Positions 1-11,202 of a stretch of DNA of 64,000 bases are shown piece by piece. A program made the translations under genes and the position numbers. Source of the stretch: Candidatus Delongbacteria bacterium (GTDB lineage: Bacteria; CAIWAD01). The notes below the pieces were generated by a model. It was not told the DNA's origin and made no database searches. It saw only the letters and a program-made list of their open reading frames with translations. The DNA lies in assembly GCA_963663545.1 (NCBI GenBank), contig OY760505.1, forward strand, positions 3,456,001 through 3,520,000. The letters run 5' to 3'. Numbering within the stretch: position 1 is the first letter of the stretch; each line of letters begins with the position of its first letter.

Positions 1-166
1 TCACGGCTTCTTTCTTTTGTCGGAATAAATGTGCAAAATACCGGTTTTGCGCGCATGTCGCGACGACCCGCGACAGCGGCTTTCAGTTACTCGCCGGTGG
101 TGTCTGTCATGAGCTTGCATTACTTCGCGACATGATTTGATGCGCTGGCTTAAGCCCGAGGATAGC

Positions 167-1327
167 ATGAACTCCTACCTGTTTACCAGTGAAAGCGTGA
201 CGGAAGGGCATCCCGACAAACTCTGTGATCGCGTCAGCGATGCGGTGTTGGATGCTTGCCTGGAACTGGATGCCAATGCCCGTGTCGCCTGCGAGTGTTT
301 TGTCAAAGGTTTCGGCCACGACAGCCATCTGATCGTTGGTGGTGAAATCAGTCTTCGCGAAGGCGTGACACGTCCGGATTACGAGGCTGTGGCCCGGCAG
401 GCCGTTCGTGAGATCGGTTACACCGACAATGCTTTGGGCATGGATGCGGACAGCGCCCGCGTGTATCTGGCGATTAGCACCCAGAGTGTAGACATCGCAC
501 TTGGCGTGGATGAAGACAAAGTGCACAACAAGGATCAGGGAGCTGGCGACCAGGGCTTGATGTTTGGCTTTGCTTCCCGCGAGACAAACGCTTATCTGCC
601 CATGCCCATCTATTTGGCGCACCAGCTGACCATGCGCCTGAGTACCGTTCGCAAGCAGGGCATCCTGCCCTGGGTTCGTCCTGATGGAAAGAGCCAGGTC
701 AGTGTGCGCTATATCGATGGCCGTCCGACAAATGTAGAAGCTGTTGTCGTGTCCACGCAGCACAATGAGAGCATTGAGCTGGATGAAATACGCCGGCAGA
801 TTCAGCAGGATGTGATCGATCCCATCATCAGCGAGGATCTGCACGCTGACAACATGGCGGTGCATATCAATCCAACCGGCAAGTTCGTTATCGGCGGCCC
901 CTGGGGCGACGCTGGCCTGACCGGTCGCAAAATCATCGTCGACACCTACGGCGGTATGGGACGTCATGGCGGCGGCGCTTTCTCGGGCAAGGATCCCAGC
1001 AAGGTTGATCGCAGTGCTGCCTATGCTGCGCGTTGGGTTGCCAAGAACCTGGTTGCCGCCGAAGCCGCCTTCCGTTGCGAGATTCAGTTGGCCTATGCCA
1101 TTGGTGTAGCTCAACCCGTCTCCATCATGGTCAATACTTTCGGTACCGGTGTTCGCCCGGACAACGAACTTGAGCGCGTGGTGCGTGAGAAGTTCGATCT
1201 ACGTCCCGCGGCCATCATCGAGCGCTTGAATCTGAAGCGCCCCATTTACAAAGAGACCAGTTCCTATGGCCATTTCGGGCGCGAGGGCTTCAGCTGGGAG
1301 CAGCTGGATATGGTGGATGCTTTTTAA
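167..1327 (+). CDS. metK: S-adenosylmethionine synthetase
   Basis: Motifs [42 protein letters not shown]. Start moved to ATG 167 behind GAGGA. Confidence 0.97.
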   Translation: MNSYLFTSESVTEGHPDKLCDRVSDAVLDACLELDANARVACECFVKGFGHDSHLIVGGEISLREGVTRPDYEAVARQAVREIGYTDNALGMDADSARVYLAISTQSVDIALGVDEDKVHNKDQGAGDQGLMFGFASRETNAYLPMPIYLAHQLTMRLSTVRKQGILPWVRPDGKSQVSVRYIDGRPTNVEAVVVSTQHNESIELDEIRRQIQQDVIDPIISEDLHADNMAVHINPTGKFVIGGPWGDAGLTGRKIIVDTYGGMGRHGGGAFSGKDPSKVDRSAAYAARWVAKNLVAAEAAFRCEIQLAYAIGVAQPVSIMVNTFGTGVRPDNELERVVREKFDLRPAAIIERLNLKRPIYKETSSYGHFGREGFSWEQLDMVDAF

Positions 1328-1333
1328 GGAGTC

Positions 1334-2752
1334 ATGATGCACGAGCAGGATTTTAAAGTAGCAGACCTTGGCCTGGCCGAATTCGGCCGCAAGGAACTCT
1401 CGATTGCCGAGAAAGAGATGCCCGGTTTGATGGCGGTGCGTGAGAAGTACGGACCGCAGAAGCCGCTGAAGGGACAGCGCGTGATGGGCTCCCTGCACAT
1501 GACGGTACAAACCGCGGTGCTCATTGAGACGCTGGTGGAGCTGGGAGCCGAAGTGCGCTGGTGCAGCTGCAATATCTTTAGCACCCAGGATCATGCCGCC
1601 GCTGCCATCGCTAAGGCGGGGATCCCCGTTTTTGCCTGGAAGGGCGAGACCTTGGCCGAGTATTGGTGGTGTACGCGCCGTGCACTGGACTTTGGTAGTG
1701 GCAAAGGACCAACCCTCATCGTAGATGATGGTGGTGACGCCACCTTGATGGTTCATCTGGGCGTGGAACTTGAGAAGCTCTATGCGAGCAAGAATGAGCT
1801 CCCTGCCATCAGCGCTGAAGGCGAGGACGAACGGGAGTTGCGCAAGCTGCTGCATGAGATGATTCCCGCCAACAAGGATTACTGGCAGTCCGTGGCCAAG
1901 GAAATTTGCGGTGTCAGCGAAGAGACCACTACCGGCGTTCATCGTCTGTATCAGATGCTGGAGCAGGGCAAGCTGCTTTTCCCGGCGATCAACGTTAACG
2001 ACAGTGTCACCAAGAGCAAGTTCGATAACCTATATGGCTGCCGCGAAAGCCTGGCAGACGGCATCAAGCGCGCGACCGATGTGATGGTTGCCGGCAAGAC
2101 GGTGGTTGTCTGCGGATATGGCGATGTAGGCAAGGGCTGTGCCCAATCCATGCGTGGTTTTGGTGCCAAAGTGATCGTGACGGAAATTGATCCGATTTGC
2201 GCTTTGCAGGCCGCAATGGCTGGTTTGCCGGTGCAGAAGCTCGAGGATGTGTTGGCGCAGGGCGACATCTTTGTAACCACTACTGGTAACAAGGATGTGA
2301 TCCGTGCCGACCACATGGCCGGAATGAAGGATCAAGCTATCGTGTGCAACATCGGCCACTTTGATAACGAGATCCAAGTCGCTCAGCTCGAGAACTGGCC
2401 CGGCGTTGAGAAGCTCAATATCAAGCCGCAGGTGGATTGCTACACCTTCGAGGACGGGCATCAGATCTATCTGCTGGCTGAGGGCCGGTTGGTCAACCTG
2501 GGCTGTGCTACTGGACATCCCAGTTTTGTGATGTCGACTTCCTTCACCAACCAATGCCTGGCGCAGATTGCACTAGCCACTGAGCACCATCCCATTGGGG
2601 TAACGATGCTTTCCAAGGAGCTTGACGAAGAAGTCGCGCGCCTGCATCTGGCCAAACTGGGCGTTGTCCTGACGCAGCTCACCAAGGAACAGGCCGATTA
2701 TATCGGTGTTCCGGTTGAAGGTCCGTACAAGCCGGAGCACTACCGCTACTAG
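1334..2752 (+). CDS. ahcY: Adenosylhomocysteinase (SAH hydrolase)
   Basis: [43 protein letters not shown]-terminal [18 protein letters not shown]. Confidence 0.97.
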   Translation: MMHEQDFKVADLGLAEFGRKELSIAEKEMPGLMAVREKYGPQKPLKGQRVMGSLHMTVQTAVLIETLVELGAEVRWCSCNIFSTQDHAAAAIAKAGIPVFAWKGETLAEYWWCTRRALDFGSGKGPTLIVDDGGDATLMVHLGVELEKLYASKNELPAISAEGEDERELRKLLHEMIPANKDYWQSVAKEICGVSEETTTGVHRLYQMLEQGKLLFPAINVNDSVTKSKFDNLYGCRESLADGIKRATDVMVAGKTVVVCGYGDVGKGCAQSMRGFGAKVIVTEIDPICALQAAMAGLPVQKLEDVLAQGDIFVTTTGNKDVIRADHMAGMKDQAIVCNIGHFDNEIQVAQLENWPGVEKLNIKPQVDCYTFEDGHQIYLLAEGRLVNLGCATGHPSFVMSTSFTNQCLAQIALATEHHPIGVTMLSKELDEEVARLHLAKLGVVLTQLTKEQADYIGVPVEGPYKPEHYRY

Positions 2753-2823
2753 TTGTGGTGCCGTATGGCGCTTTACAGTCGTCGGGTGTTCGATCCGGCA
2801 TCCGCGAGCCTGCTGAAAACATC

Positions 2824-2858
2824 AAAGGGTGGTCCATTGGGTCACCCTTTTCTCTTTT
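2824..2858 (+). terminator. Rho-independent terminator after metK-ahcY
   Basis: AAAGGGTG...CACCCTTT hairpin followed by a T-rich tract. Confidence 0.7.
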
Positions 2859-2923
2859 CATCCTAAGTATACACGGCTATCTTGGCGATAACATTGGACA
2901 GAAGTTCAGTTAGAGGACGCGCC

Positions 2924-4888
2924 ATGCAAACAAAATCCCTGTTGCTGATACCGCTGCTGGCGATACTGATTGGCTGTGAGATACCGGATCTGGACGAGAT
3001 CGAGAACACCTCATGGACAATTCCAGTCAGTCTGATCACAAGCCCCGATACCTTGTTCATGCAGGATCTGTCCAACAGTGACGGCTACTATTTCAATGAT
3101 TCGGGCGTGCTGGTTTTCAGCGAAGAGATTGACACGGTCTATGTGCATGTGGGAGACAGCTTGCGTTGGCAGCGCACAAGCAACACTTATCAGGTGGCGA
3201 TGCCACCCATTGTTTTTCGCAATGCTGGTGGTTGCAGCAGTGAGGCCGAGTTAAGCGAGCTCTTTCCCGCTGCTGAAGGTTTGATCGGCAGTGTGACACA
3301 AATCGAGCAGAGCCTGGAGTTTTCCGGTGCCCGAGAGCTTAGTACAGCGGATGACCTGGACTGGATTGCCGCGCGCGAGGGCAGTTACTATACGATAAAT
3401 TTGTATCACACACTGCCCTTTGCTCTCGACGAACTCAATCTGAGGCTTGAGAACAGCCAGAGTGAGGACCTTGGCAGTACAACGCTGACTGCCACCGGAG
3501 GGCTTCAGCCTGGGCAAACGTACTCATCTGTGCTGCCTGTCTCCGGACTCATCACCAATAGCAACCTCATGAACTTGAGCGGCGCTAGCTTGCCCATGGA
3601 TGCTCCGGCATTGATTGAGAATGGATCGCTGCAGCTGGAGTTGCTGATCAGCTACTGTGAAGCGGATAGCGCGCGAGCTATTGTGCAGGAGCAGATCGTG
3701 ACACATCTGGATTCCCTGGCTGGTGACGAGAGACTGAATCTCGATCGTGCGCTTGCGGATAGCTTGAAGGTACAATTCATAACCACCAACGGACTGGGAG
3801 TGCCAATCGAGTTGGAACTGGCATTCGAGGATTTGTGTCACGATTCTCTGAAGATGAATCCCTTGGTGCTCAACCAGAGCCTCGCCGTTGGCGAAACAGT
3901 CACTTCTACTCATCGTGATACATTGTGGATCGTACCCGATCGTGCTACGGGTACTGATCTTCAATACCTCAATTTCCAGGCGAACGTCGTTGTGCCTGCG
4001 ACAGAGAGCTTTTCTACGCTGCGTTCGGGCGATATTCTGGAGCTGGAGCTTGCCGTGGATCACGCCAGGTTGCGAGTGCTTGAGGGAATGTACCGAACCG
4101 ACCAGCAGGTTGTGATCGACGGCGGACCGCGCGATTTTGACGAGTTCCCTCCAGAACTTCAAACCTTGAGCATGCGGGATTTGGACCTGCTATTGGGGCT
4201 GGACAGCGACCTCCGTTCCGATGTCGTTTTTTCGCTGGACCTTGGCGTGACCAGCCGCTTTTCGGAGCAGGATACGGTGTATCACATCGTGACTGTCCTA
4301 CCCGGGCTGTCGCAGGAACTTACCGTACCACGTCTGGGCCGAGTGCTGTCGCACTTGCCTAGTGTGATTGATGTGGGCGGAATGGTCACGATCCCTGCCG
4401 GTCAGGAGTTTGCTCTGCGTGATACAAGCGAAGTTGGGATTCTTTCTTTCCGCCTTCCGCTGGAATTGCAGATCAACAGCTTGCTTTGGGATAGTGAACC
4501 TGAGCTTTCCAATGATCCTGTTCCAGAGGAAATGTCTCAGGTGACTGCACATTGTTGGGTTCGCAGCCGCGTTCCGCTAGGAGGAAGTATCACCGCCTGG
4601 GCCAGTCCGTCAGGTGTCGTAGGCGGTGATGATGCCGTGGAACTCTTCGACAATACACTTGCCGCGGCGGTCTGGAGTGAGGGAAGTGTCGCTGAAGTAC
4701 AGGACACTCTGAGCTTCGCTTTAAGCGATGCCGCAGTTGATGTATTACGAGGCGATGACTGGTACACCTGGTTCCGCTTCACTGCCAATTCGCAGGACGA
4801 GGTGATACAGCTGAGGAACGACCAATGGCTGATTGTTCAGCTGTTTGTTGAACTCGAGTACGATGTAGATTTGCACGGGGAGGAGTAG
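2924..4888 (+). CDS. Hypothetical acidic, beta-rich lipoprotein
   Basis: ATG 2924 after GAGGA; signal peptide with lipobox LIG-C; long ORF with no recognisable catalytic motif. Confidence 0.7.
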   Translation: MQTKSLLLIPLLAILIGCEIPDLDEIENTSWTIPVSLITSPDTLFMQDLSNSDGYYFNDSGVLVFSEEIDTVYVHVGDSLRWQRTSNTYQVAMPPIVFRNAGGCSSEAELSELFPAAEGLIGSVTQIEQSLEFSGARELSTADDLDWIAAREGSYYTINLYHTLPFALDELNLRLENSQSEDLGSTTLTATGGLQPGQTYSSVLPVSGLITNSNLMNLSGASLPMDAPALIENGSLQLELLISYCEADSARAIVQEQIVTHLDSLAGDERLNLDRALADSLKVQFITTNGLGVPIELELAFEDLCHDSLKMNPLVLNQSLAVGETVTSTHRDTLWIVPDRATGTDLQYLNFQANVVVPATESFSTLRSGDILELELAVDHARLRVLEGMYRTDQQVVIDGGPRDFDEFPPELQTLSMRDLDLLLGLDSDLRSDVVFSLDLGVTSRFSEQDTVYHIVTVLPGLSQELTVPRLGRVLSHLPSVIDVGGMVTIPAGQEFALRDTSEVGILSFRLPLELQINSLLWDSEPELSNDPVPEEMSQVTAHCWVRSRVPLGGSITAWASPSGVVGGDDAVELFDNTLAAAVWSEGSVAEVQDTLSFALSDAAVDVLRGDDWYTWFRFTANSQDEVIQLRNDQWLIVQLFVELEYDVDLHGEE

Positions 4889-4889
4889 G

Positions 4890-6233
4890 ATGATGCGTGA
4901 TGCAAAACATGCTCTGCTCTCTGTGCTGTTGTTGGCCGCAGTTTCCTTTGCTGCAAATGCAAGCTATCGGCCTCCATCGCTCCTTGGTGGCGCTGACCGG
5001 TTGCTGTCAGGATCAGCCGTGGGCGCTAGTCTTTCGCCGGCTCTGTGTGTCGCAGCTTCGTACAAGGATACGGAGAACATCTACGATCATTTCTGGTTCG
5101 GAGTGAATCCACGCTTTAGTCTGCTGAATGAGTCGCTTTCCCTGAAGCTGGTTAACGACTATATCGGCCACTCCCTGAACGACGATGACAAACGCGCTCT
5201 GCTGGACGATCTAGGTACGTCGCTGCACCTTCATCAGCGCTTCACGATCGTTCCTCTGGCAAGCCAGATTCCCCTTACCCTGAATCCCGTGACACAAACA
5301 AAGGGTTGTATCACGGCCAGCCTGGAAGCCGCTACTTGCGGCCGCGTTGCCCTGGATACGCATGCGCTCGAGCTGGCCTTTTTCGGTAATGACCCAACAC
5401 AGGCCATTGAAGTGAAGAGCGCAGACGTTGACGGTTGGGCTACCAGCCGTTTGCATCTCGCTTGGGGTCAAAACCTGCCCGTCGACTGGTTGCAGTCCAA
5501 GTGGCGTGCGGGACTGGCTTTGAACATTGAGCGGGGCCTGTACTACTACGAAACTCTCGAATCCCACTTGCGCGTGGAGCCGCTGAATGGTCTTGTTGCG
5601 AGTGATGCAAGCTATCGAAGCCTGCACGCCACTTCAGGAAGTGGTTACAGCTTCGACCTTGGCTTGGGCATGGATACGGAAGTGCTTGGCCGCTCCCTGC
5701 GCGTGGAGTTGGTTCTAACAGATTTGCTGCATCACCAGAGTTGGACCGATGCCGAGCTGGATAGCATGGTGTATCACGTGCCGGGCACATTGATCAACAC
5801 TGATTTCGATGCTGACGACTTCTCGGATTCCATCGAAGACAGCACATTGACGAGGGATCACGATGATTTCTCACGCAGCTATGCACCCGGACTGCGACTT
5901 GGAGTGAGTTGGCAGCGCACGGGACACTGGAAAGACGCTGTTTTGCTGGAATTGGAAAGCGAGAGCGTACTCCCTGAACGCGAAACAACCCTATCTTACT
6001 ACACGCGCTGGAGCCCGGGTCGTGGCCGCTTCCACATGGGTGGCGAGATTGCCGTCGGTCTGGGAGTCGGTCCCAGCTATGGATGTGATACAGGCCTCCT
6101 GCTGGGACCGATGCGAATCGGGCGTGTGGACTTGGGAATGTTGTATCTGGGGCTGGCAGGCAAAGGTTTCACCGGTTTGCTCAACAGCTCCCGTGGCGTG
6201 TACTTCGGATTCAGTCTGGGCCTGATGCGGTGA
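4890..6233 (+). CDS. Putative outer-membrane beta-barrel protein (DUF5723-like)
   Basis: Signal peptide, alternating hydrophobic strands, GSGYSFDLG motif, aromatic C-terminal strand. Family assignment is from memory. Confidence 0.55.
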   Translation: MMRDAKHALLSVLLLAAVSFAANASYRPPSLLGGADRLLSGSAVGASLSPALCVAASYKDTENIYDHFWFGVNPRFSLLNESLSLKLVNDYIGHSLNDDDKRALLDDLGTSLHLHQRFTIVPLASQIPLTLNPVTQTKGCITASLEAATCGRVALDTHALELAFFGNDPTQAIEVKSADVDGWATSRLHLAWGQNLPVDWLQSKWRAGLALNIERGLYYYETLESHLRVEPLNGLVASDASYRSLHATSGSGYSFDLGLGMDTEVLGRSLRVELVLTDLLHHQSWTDAELDSMVYHVPGTLINTDFDADDFSDSIEDSTLTRDHDDFSRSYAPGLRLGVSWQRTGHWKDAVLLELESESVLPERETTLSYYTRWSPGRGRFHMGGEIAVGLGVGPSYGCDTGLLLGPMRIGRVDLGMLYLGLAGKGFTGLLNSSRGVYFGFSLGLMR

Positions 6234-6263
6234 CACATCCGGCCCGGCTCAACAGGAGAGCCC

Positions 6264-6965
6264 ATGGCGGATGTGCTGATTTCCCTGAATGATCTCAAAC
6301 GTCATTACCAGCTTGGCGGCGAGACCGTTTGCGCCCTCGATGGTGTTGACCTGCAGATTCGCCGAGGCGAGTACCTCGCCATCATGGGCCCCAGTGGCAG
6401 CGGCAAAAGCACCTTGATGAACCTGCTGGGGCTCCTGGATCAACCTACGTCCGGCAACTTGATCCTGGATGGCCAGGAGATCTCTTCAATCAAGGATGAC
6501 AAAGAACTCTCCCGCATTCGTGGCCGGGAAATCGGCTTCGTTTTCCAAACCTTCAATCTATTGCCGCGCTCATCAGCGTTGGAGAATGTCGAGCTGCCCT
6601 TGATCTATCAGGGCGTTTCCGTACAGGAACGTCGTGAACGGGCGATCGCGGTACTCAAGAGAGTCGGCCTGGAGGATCGCCTGGATCACATGCCTGCGCA
6701 GATGTCGGGAGGACAGCGGCAGCGTGTTGCTGTAGCACGCGCATTGGTTACGGATCCAAGTCTGTTACTAGCCGATGAGCCCACCGGCAACCTTGATTCC
6801 CGCACGGGTGAAGAGATCATGGAGCTGTTTCATGAGTTGCACAGGCAGGGTAACACATTGATTGTTGTGACACACGAAGACGAGGTCGCGGCCCATGCGG
6901 AGCGTGTGATACGATTGCGCGATGGCCGGCTGGAACAGGACAGTTCTCAGCGGAGGCCGGCATGA
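6264..6965 (+). CDS. ABC transporter ATP-binding protein (LolD/MacB-type)
   Basis: Walker [27 protein letters not shown] signature, [10 protein letters not shown]. Confidence 0.93.
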   Translation: MADVLISLNDLKRHYQLGGETVCALDGVDLQIRRGEYLAIMGPSGSGKSTLMNLLGLLDQPTSGNLILDGQEISSIKDDKELSRIRGREIGFVFQTFNLLPRSSALENVELPLIYQGVSVQERRERAIAVLKRVGLEDRLDHMPAQMSGGQRQRVAVARALVTDPSLLLADEPTGNLDSRTGEEIMELFHELHRQGNTLIVVTHEDEVAAHAERVIRLRDGRLEQDSSQRRPA

Positions 6966-8146
6966 GTGAACACCTAAAGGCCGGTGCGCTTCCTGCCTTG
7001 AACGAACTCCGTGCCCAGTTTTCGTTGCGAGCGGACGTGTGTTACCTCAATCATGGCGCTTGTGGAGCTTGCCCGCGTAGCGTGATGGAGGAATGGCAAC
7101 GCTGGCAGTGGCTCATGGAGGAAGAACCCGCCGAGTTTCTCTTTCATGACAGCGATGAATTCTTGCCAGAGGCCCGACGCGTACTTGCTGAGCGTCTTGG
7201 TGCACGGCAGCAGGACCTGGTATTCTTCGAGAATGTCACGACAGCACTGAATGCTGTGATACGAAGCCTGAATCTACAAGCGGGTGACGAGATACTGACA
7301 ACGGACCATGAGTACGGCGCCCTGATCAAAGCCTGGGACTACGTCTGTGCCCGTACAGGTGCACGGTTGGTGAAGGCGCCGCTGGATCTTCCCCTGGCGA
7401 GTCCGAACGAAGTATGTAACCAGGTGATGGCTCACGCATCGGAGCGCACTCGCGTTCTTTTCGTGAGTCACATTAGCTCGCCTACTGCCATCTGCATGCC
7501 CGTGGCGGAGTTGATTTCGCGCGCTAGAATCGCTGGCATTCTAAGCCTTATTGACGGGGCCCACAGTCCCGGCCAAGTGGAGCTGAATCTGGATGCTTTA
7601 GGTGCGGATTTCTACGGCGGAAATTGCCACAAGTGGTTAATGGCACCTCCGGGTGCGGCCTTTCTGCATGTAAAAGAAGAGCATCAGGCAATGATGCAGC
7701 CGCTGGTTGTCAGTTGGGGGTGGGGCAACGCGGACATTCGTGAGACACGATTCTTAGACGAACAACAGTACCGTGGCACAAAGGATATCAGTCATTGGCT
7801 GGCCGTGCCTGCAGCCTGGGAGTTTCGCGACAAGTGGAATTGGTCTGGTGTATCACGACAGCGAGTGGAGTGGTTACGCGACTACGATGAAGATTTCCTG
7901 AAACTGCTGCGGTGCAAGTCCATGTATCACGAGGATTGGGATCCCTTCTTGCAGATGCGCATTTATGAAACACCATGGACGCTTCAACAGGCACCAGCAT
8001 TGCAGCGCGCTTTACGTGAACAGTATCGTATCACGGTACCTCTGACCGAGTGGCGCGGTCGGATCTTTGTTCGTCCCTCCTTGCAGGGATACAATGGAAG
8101 GCAGGATCTGGAAACTCTCCTGCTGGCTTTGGAAAAGCTGCTTTGA
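6962..8146 (+). CDS. Class V PLP-dependent enzyme (isopenicillin-N epimerase / C-S lyase-like)
   Basis: YLNHGACG, DGAH, GNCHKWL (PLP lysine). ATGA overlap with the upstream gene. Confidence 0.85.
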   Translation: MSEHLKAGALPALNELRAQFSLRADVCYLNHGACGACPRSVMEEWQRWQWLMEEEPAEFLFHDSDEFLPEARRVLAERLGARQQDLVFFENVTTALNAVIRSLNLQAGDEILTTDHEYGALIKAWDYVCARTGARLVKAPLDLPLASPNEVCNQVMAHASERTRVLFVSHISSPTAICMPVAELISRARIAGILSLIDGAHSPGQVELNLDALGADFYGGNCHKWLMAPPGAAFLHVKEEHQAMMQPLVVSWGWGNADIRETRFLDEQQYRGTKDISHWLAVPAAWEFRDKWNWSGVSRQRVEWLRDYDEDFLKLLRCKSMYHEDWDPFLQMRIYETPWTLQQAPALQRALREQYRITVPLTEWRGRIFVRPSLQGYNGRQDLETLLLALEKLL

Positions 8147-8160
8147 CGCAGAAAGGATGC

Positions 8161-8913
8161 ATGATGAAATCCACCGTTGGCAGTACCTTCATCGAGAAAA
8201 CCTGTTATCAACACCTAGGTGAGAGCGATCAACGCCTGGGAGTACCGCAGCCACCACTGACGCGTCGCGCTGCACCGGATGCGGTGATCCACGACTTGCC
8301 TGTGATACCGGAGCAGATGAAGCGCGACCTCGTGAAGTTGATTGCAGATCGCCGAAGCCTACGCCGTTTTAGCGAACGGATCATCAGTCTGAAAGACCTC
8401 GCATGGCTACTGTGGAGCACCCAGGGCGTGACACGCGAGATCCAGGGTAAGGCTACCTTCCGCACCGTGCCGTCGGCTGGTGCGCGACATGCCTTTGAAA
8501 CACTGCTGATGATCAACAAGGTCGAGGGACTGACGCCTGGCTTGTACCGCTACATGGCCATGGAACACAAGCTGGAGCAGATCAGCTTGGACCCTGGACT
8601 CTGTGATGCAGTCTGCGAGGGTTGCCTGGGGCAAACCTTTGTGACACAAACCGCTGTCACTTTCCTTTGGGTCGCCGATGTCCAGCGCATGTGTTGGCGC
8701 TATCAGGAACGTGGCTACCGCTATCTTTTACTGGATGCCGGTCACGTGTGTCAGAACTTGTACTTGGCGGCGGAAGCCATTGATTGCGGTGTGTGTGCCA
8801 TTGCTGCCTATGATGATCACAAACTGAATCAGATCACGGGCTGCGATGGAGTTGATGACTTCGTGATCTACGTGGCCGGCCTGGGACCCAAGCCCACAGC
8901 TGAGCCAGCCTGA
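8161..8913 (+). CDS. SagB/ThcOx-family nitroreductase
   Basis: RRSLRRF, RTVPSAGA, LLDAGHVCQNLYLAAE. ATG 8161 after AAAGGA. Confidence 0.88.
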   Translation: MMKSTVGSTFIEKTCYQHLGESDQRLGVPQPPLTRRAAPDAVIHDLPVIPEQMKRDLVKLIADRRSLRRFSERIISLKDLAWLLWSTQGVTREIQGKATFRTVPSAGARHAFETLLMINKVEGLTPGLYRYMAMEHKLEQISLDPGLCDAVCEGCLGQTFVTQTAVTFLWVADVQRMCWRYQERGYRYLLLDAGHVCQNLYLAAEAIDCGVCAIAAYDDHKLNQITGCDGVDDFVIYVAGLGPKPTAEPA

Positions 8914-8955
8914 TTCTAGTGATCCACTGTAGTATCCATCGAGCCTGGAGGACGC

Positions 8956-10323
8956 ATGAACCGCTGGACTATTCTGACGTTGGTACTAGTGGCATTGGCC
9001 GCTGTTTGGCCCATTTTGCGGAAGGCACATTGTGACACACAGAGTTTGCTGCCGCAACATCCTGAGTGGGTTGAGGGCCTAAGCCTTTATGAAGTCAATG
9101 TGCGCCAGTTCAGCACGAGTGGAGATCTGAAGGGCTTCCAAACGCATCTACCGCGTTTGCAGGAGTTGGGTGTGGGAATTTTGTGGCTGATGCCCGTGCA
9201 GCCCGTCGGCGAGCTGAATCGAAAGGGCAGTCTGGGGAGCCCCTACAGCATTCGCGACTACTGTGCGGTGAATCCCGATCTGGGCAGCTTGGATGATTTC
9301 CGAGCTGTGGTGCAAGAGGCCCATGAACGTGGCATGTATGTCATCCTTGACTGGGTGGCCAACCATTGCGCCTGGGACAATGAGTTGCTGGTGACACATC
9401 CAGAGTGGTTTACACGGAATGAGGCCGGAGAGATGATCCCGCCCGTGGCCGACTGGACCGATGTAGTGGATTTCGATTACAGCCAGCCTGGCTTGCGCCG
9501 CTATATGAGTGACGCCATGCTCTGGTGGCTGCGTGAGACGGACATCGACGGTTTTCGCTGCGATGTGGCTGGCATGGTGCCATTGGATTTCTGGGAGGAC
9601 GTTCGCCCGCGCCTTGAGGAAGTCAAGCCTGTGTTCATGTTGGCAGAGTGGGATGAACCTCAATTGCAGGCCACAGCCTTTGACATGAGTTATGCGTGGG
9701 ATCTGCATCACCTGCTGAACCACATCGCGCAGGGCCAGGCGGATGTGAAGGAGCTTCGCAAATGGATCGAAGCCGATGCGAAGCGTTATCGCCAGCACGA
9801 TATTCGCATGCTCTTCACGACCAATCACGACGAGAACAGCTGGAATGGAACGGAGCAGGAACGCATGGGCGCGGCCGCCGATGCCTGCTGGGTACTATGT
9901 GCGACTCTCAAGGGGATGCCACTGGTGTACACGGGCCAGGAGCTCCCTCTGGACAAGCGGCTTGCCTTCTTTGAGCACGATCCCGTCTGCTGGGTGCCCT
10001 CGGAGCGTGTGACACTGCTGCAGAAGATGCTAGAGCTGCGCCGCGAACACCCGGCGCTCTGGGCGGCGGAAGCGGGTTCTCCGGCACGTCTACTGAAGTG
10101 CAAGCCATCACGCGAATGCTTAGCCTTCACACGCAGCAATGGGAATGACCATGTGCTTGTGTTGATCAACTTCAGTAATCAGCCTGCAACGCTAAGACTC
10201 AAGACGAAAGCGGCGGATGTGGCTGGTCTGTGGCGTGATACACTTAGTGGGGAAGTCGTGGAACTCACGGGCCGTGATACACTACAGCTCCCCGCCTGGG
10301 GTTGTCAGGTCTTGGTGAGGTAA
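8956..10323 (+). CDS. Secreted GH13 alpha-amylase-family glycosidase
   Basis: DWVANH, DGFRCDVA (nucleophile), AEW, NHD conserved regions; signal peptide. Confidence 0.92.
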   Translation: MNRWTILTLVLVALAAVWPILRKAHCDTQSLLPQHPEWVEGLSLYEVNVRQFSTSGDLKGFQTHLPRLQELGVGILWLMPVQPVGELNRKGSLGSPYSIRDYCAVNPDLGSLDDFRAVVQEAHERGMYVILDWVANHCAWDNELLVTHPEWFTRNEAGEMIPPVADWTDVVDFDYSQPGLRRYMSDAMLWWLRETDIDGFRCDVAGMVPLDFWEDVRPRLEEVKPVFMLAEWDEPQLQATAFDMSYAWDLHHLLNHIAQGQADVKELRKWIEADAKRYRQHDIRMLFTTNHDENSWNGTEQERMGAAADACWVLCATLKGMPLVYTGQELPLDKRLAFFEHDPVCWVPSERVTLLQKMLELRREHPALWAAEAGSPARLLKCKPSRECLAFTRSNGNDHVLVLINFSNQPATLRLKTKAADVAGLWRDTLSGEVVELTGRDTLQLPAWGCQVLVR

Positions 10324-10326
10324 CCC

Positions 10327-11202
10327 TTGCCGAAACCCCGTCCGCTTTCTCCCGGATGGCTTGAGCAGCAGGCCGCTCGCACGCCCTTGTTGTTTCTGGT
10401 GCTGGCCGCTTTGCTTTGGAGCACGGGTGGCGTTCTGATCAAGTCCGTAACCCTTTCGGGAGCCGCCATCGCTGGCTGGCGCAGCCTGTTTGCAGCGCTC
10501 TTTCTGCTTGCTGTGTCACGTCGGCTCAGACCAAAGGCCGATGTGTATCACTGGTTGGGAGCGTTGGCCTACGCTCTCAATATCAACTGTCTGGTACTGG
10601 CCACAACCAGAACAACGGCTGCCAACGCCATCTTTCTGCAATACAGCGCACCGATCTACGTTGCCCTACTGGGGCCCTGGTTGCTGAAGGAACACCTGCG
10701 GCGAAGCGATTTGCCCATTCTCATACTGGCCCTCAGCGGCCTGATTCTGCTGTTCCGCGATCAACTTGGACCCGGCGCGCTGTCTGGAAATCTGCTTGGC
10801 TTAGCCGCCGGAGTAAGCTTTGCGTTCACGATTCTGTTGCTGCGCCGCCAACGCGACGCCGATCCTGTCGGCATTGTGCTGTGGGGGAATTTGCTGGCGA
10901 CTCTGTTCTCGCTGCCGTGGATGTTGCAACAGTGGCCGGTCGGGCAGGATCTGGCATTGTTGCTGCTGTTGGGCGTAGTGCAGTTGGGCATTGCCTACTG
11001 GTTCTACGTGGCGGCCATCCGTCACACGCCAGCGCTTCCAGCGGTATTGACGGCTACCCTCGAGCCGGTCTGCAATCCGATTTGGGTCGCGCTTGTGTTG
11101 GGAGAGGTGCCTGGCTGGGCAGGATGGACGGGCGGTTCGATCGTTGTCTTGTCAGTGATCCTGAAGGCCTTGACGGGACGGACTCAGTCGTCATCCACCT
11201 GA
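10327..11202 (+). CDS. EamA/DMT-family transporter
   Basis: About 10 hydrophobic helices in two repeats; LWSTGG, TTAANA, LEPV motifs; TTG start. Confidence 0.85.
   Translation: MPKPRPLSPGWLEQQAARTPLLFLVLAALLWSTGGVLIKSVTLSGAAIAGWRSLFAALFLLAVSRRLRPKADVYHWLGALAYALNINCLVLATTRTTAANAIFLQYSAPIYVALLGPWLLKEHLRRSDLPILILALSGLILLFRDQLGPGALSGNLLGLAAGVSFAFTILLLRRQRDADPVGIVLWGNLLATLFSLPWMLQQWPVGQDLALLLLLGVVQLGIAYWFYVAAIRHTPALPAVLTATLEPVCNPIWVALVLGEVPGWAGWTGGSIVVLSVILKALTGRTQSSST

Noticed and set aside
6962..8913. Ergothioneine or thiazole/oxazole RiPP pathway (C-S lyase, SagB, FGE protein)
   Set aside because: The FGE protein is secreted and lacks the EgtB DinB domain; no EgtD, YcaO or precursor peptide is visible.
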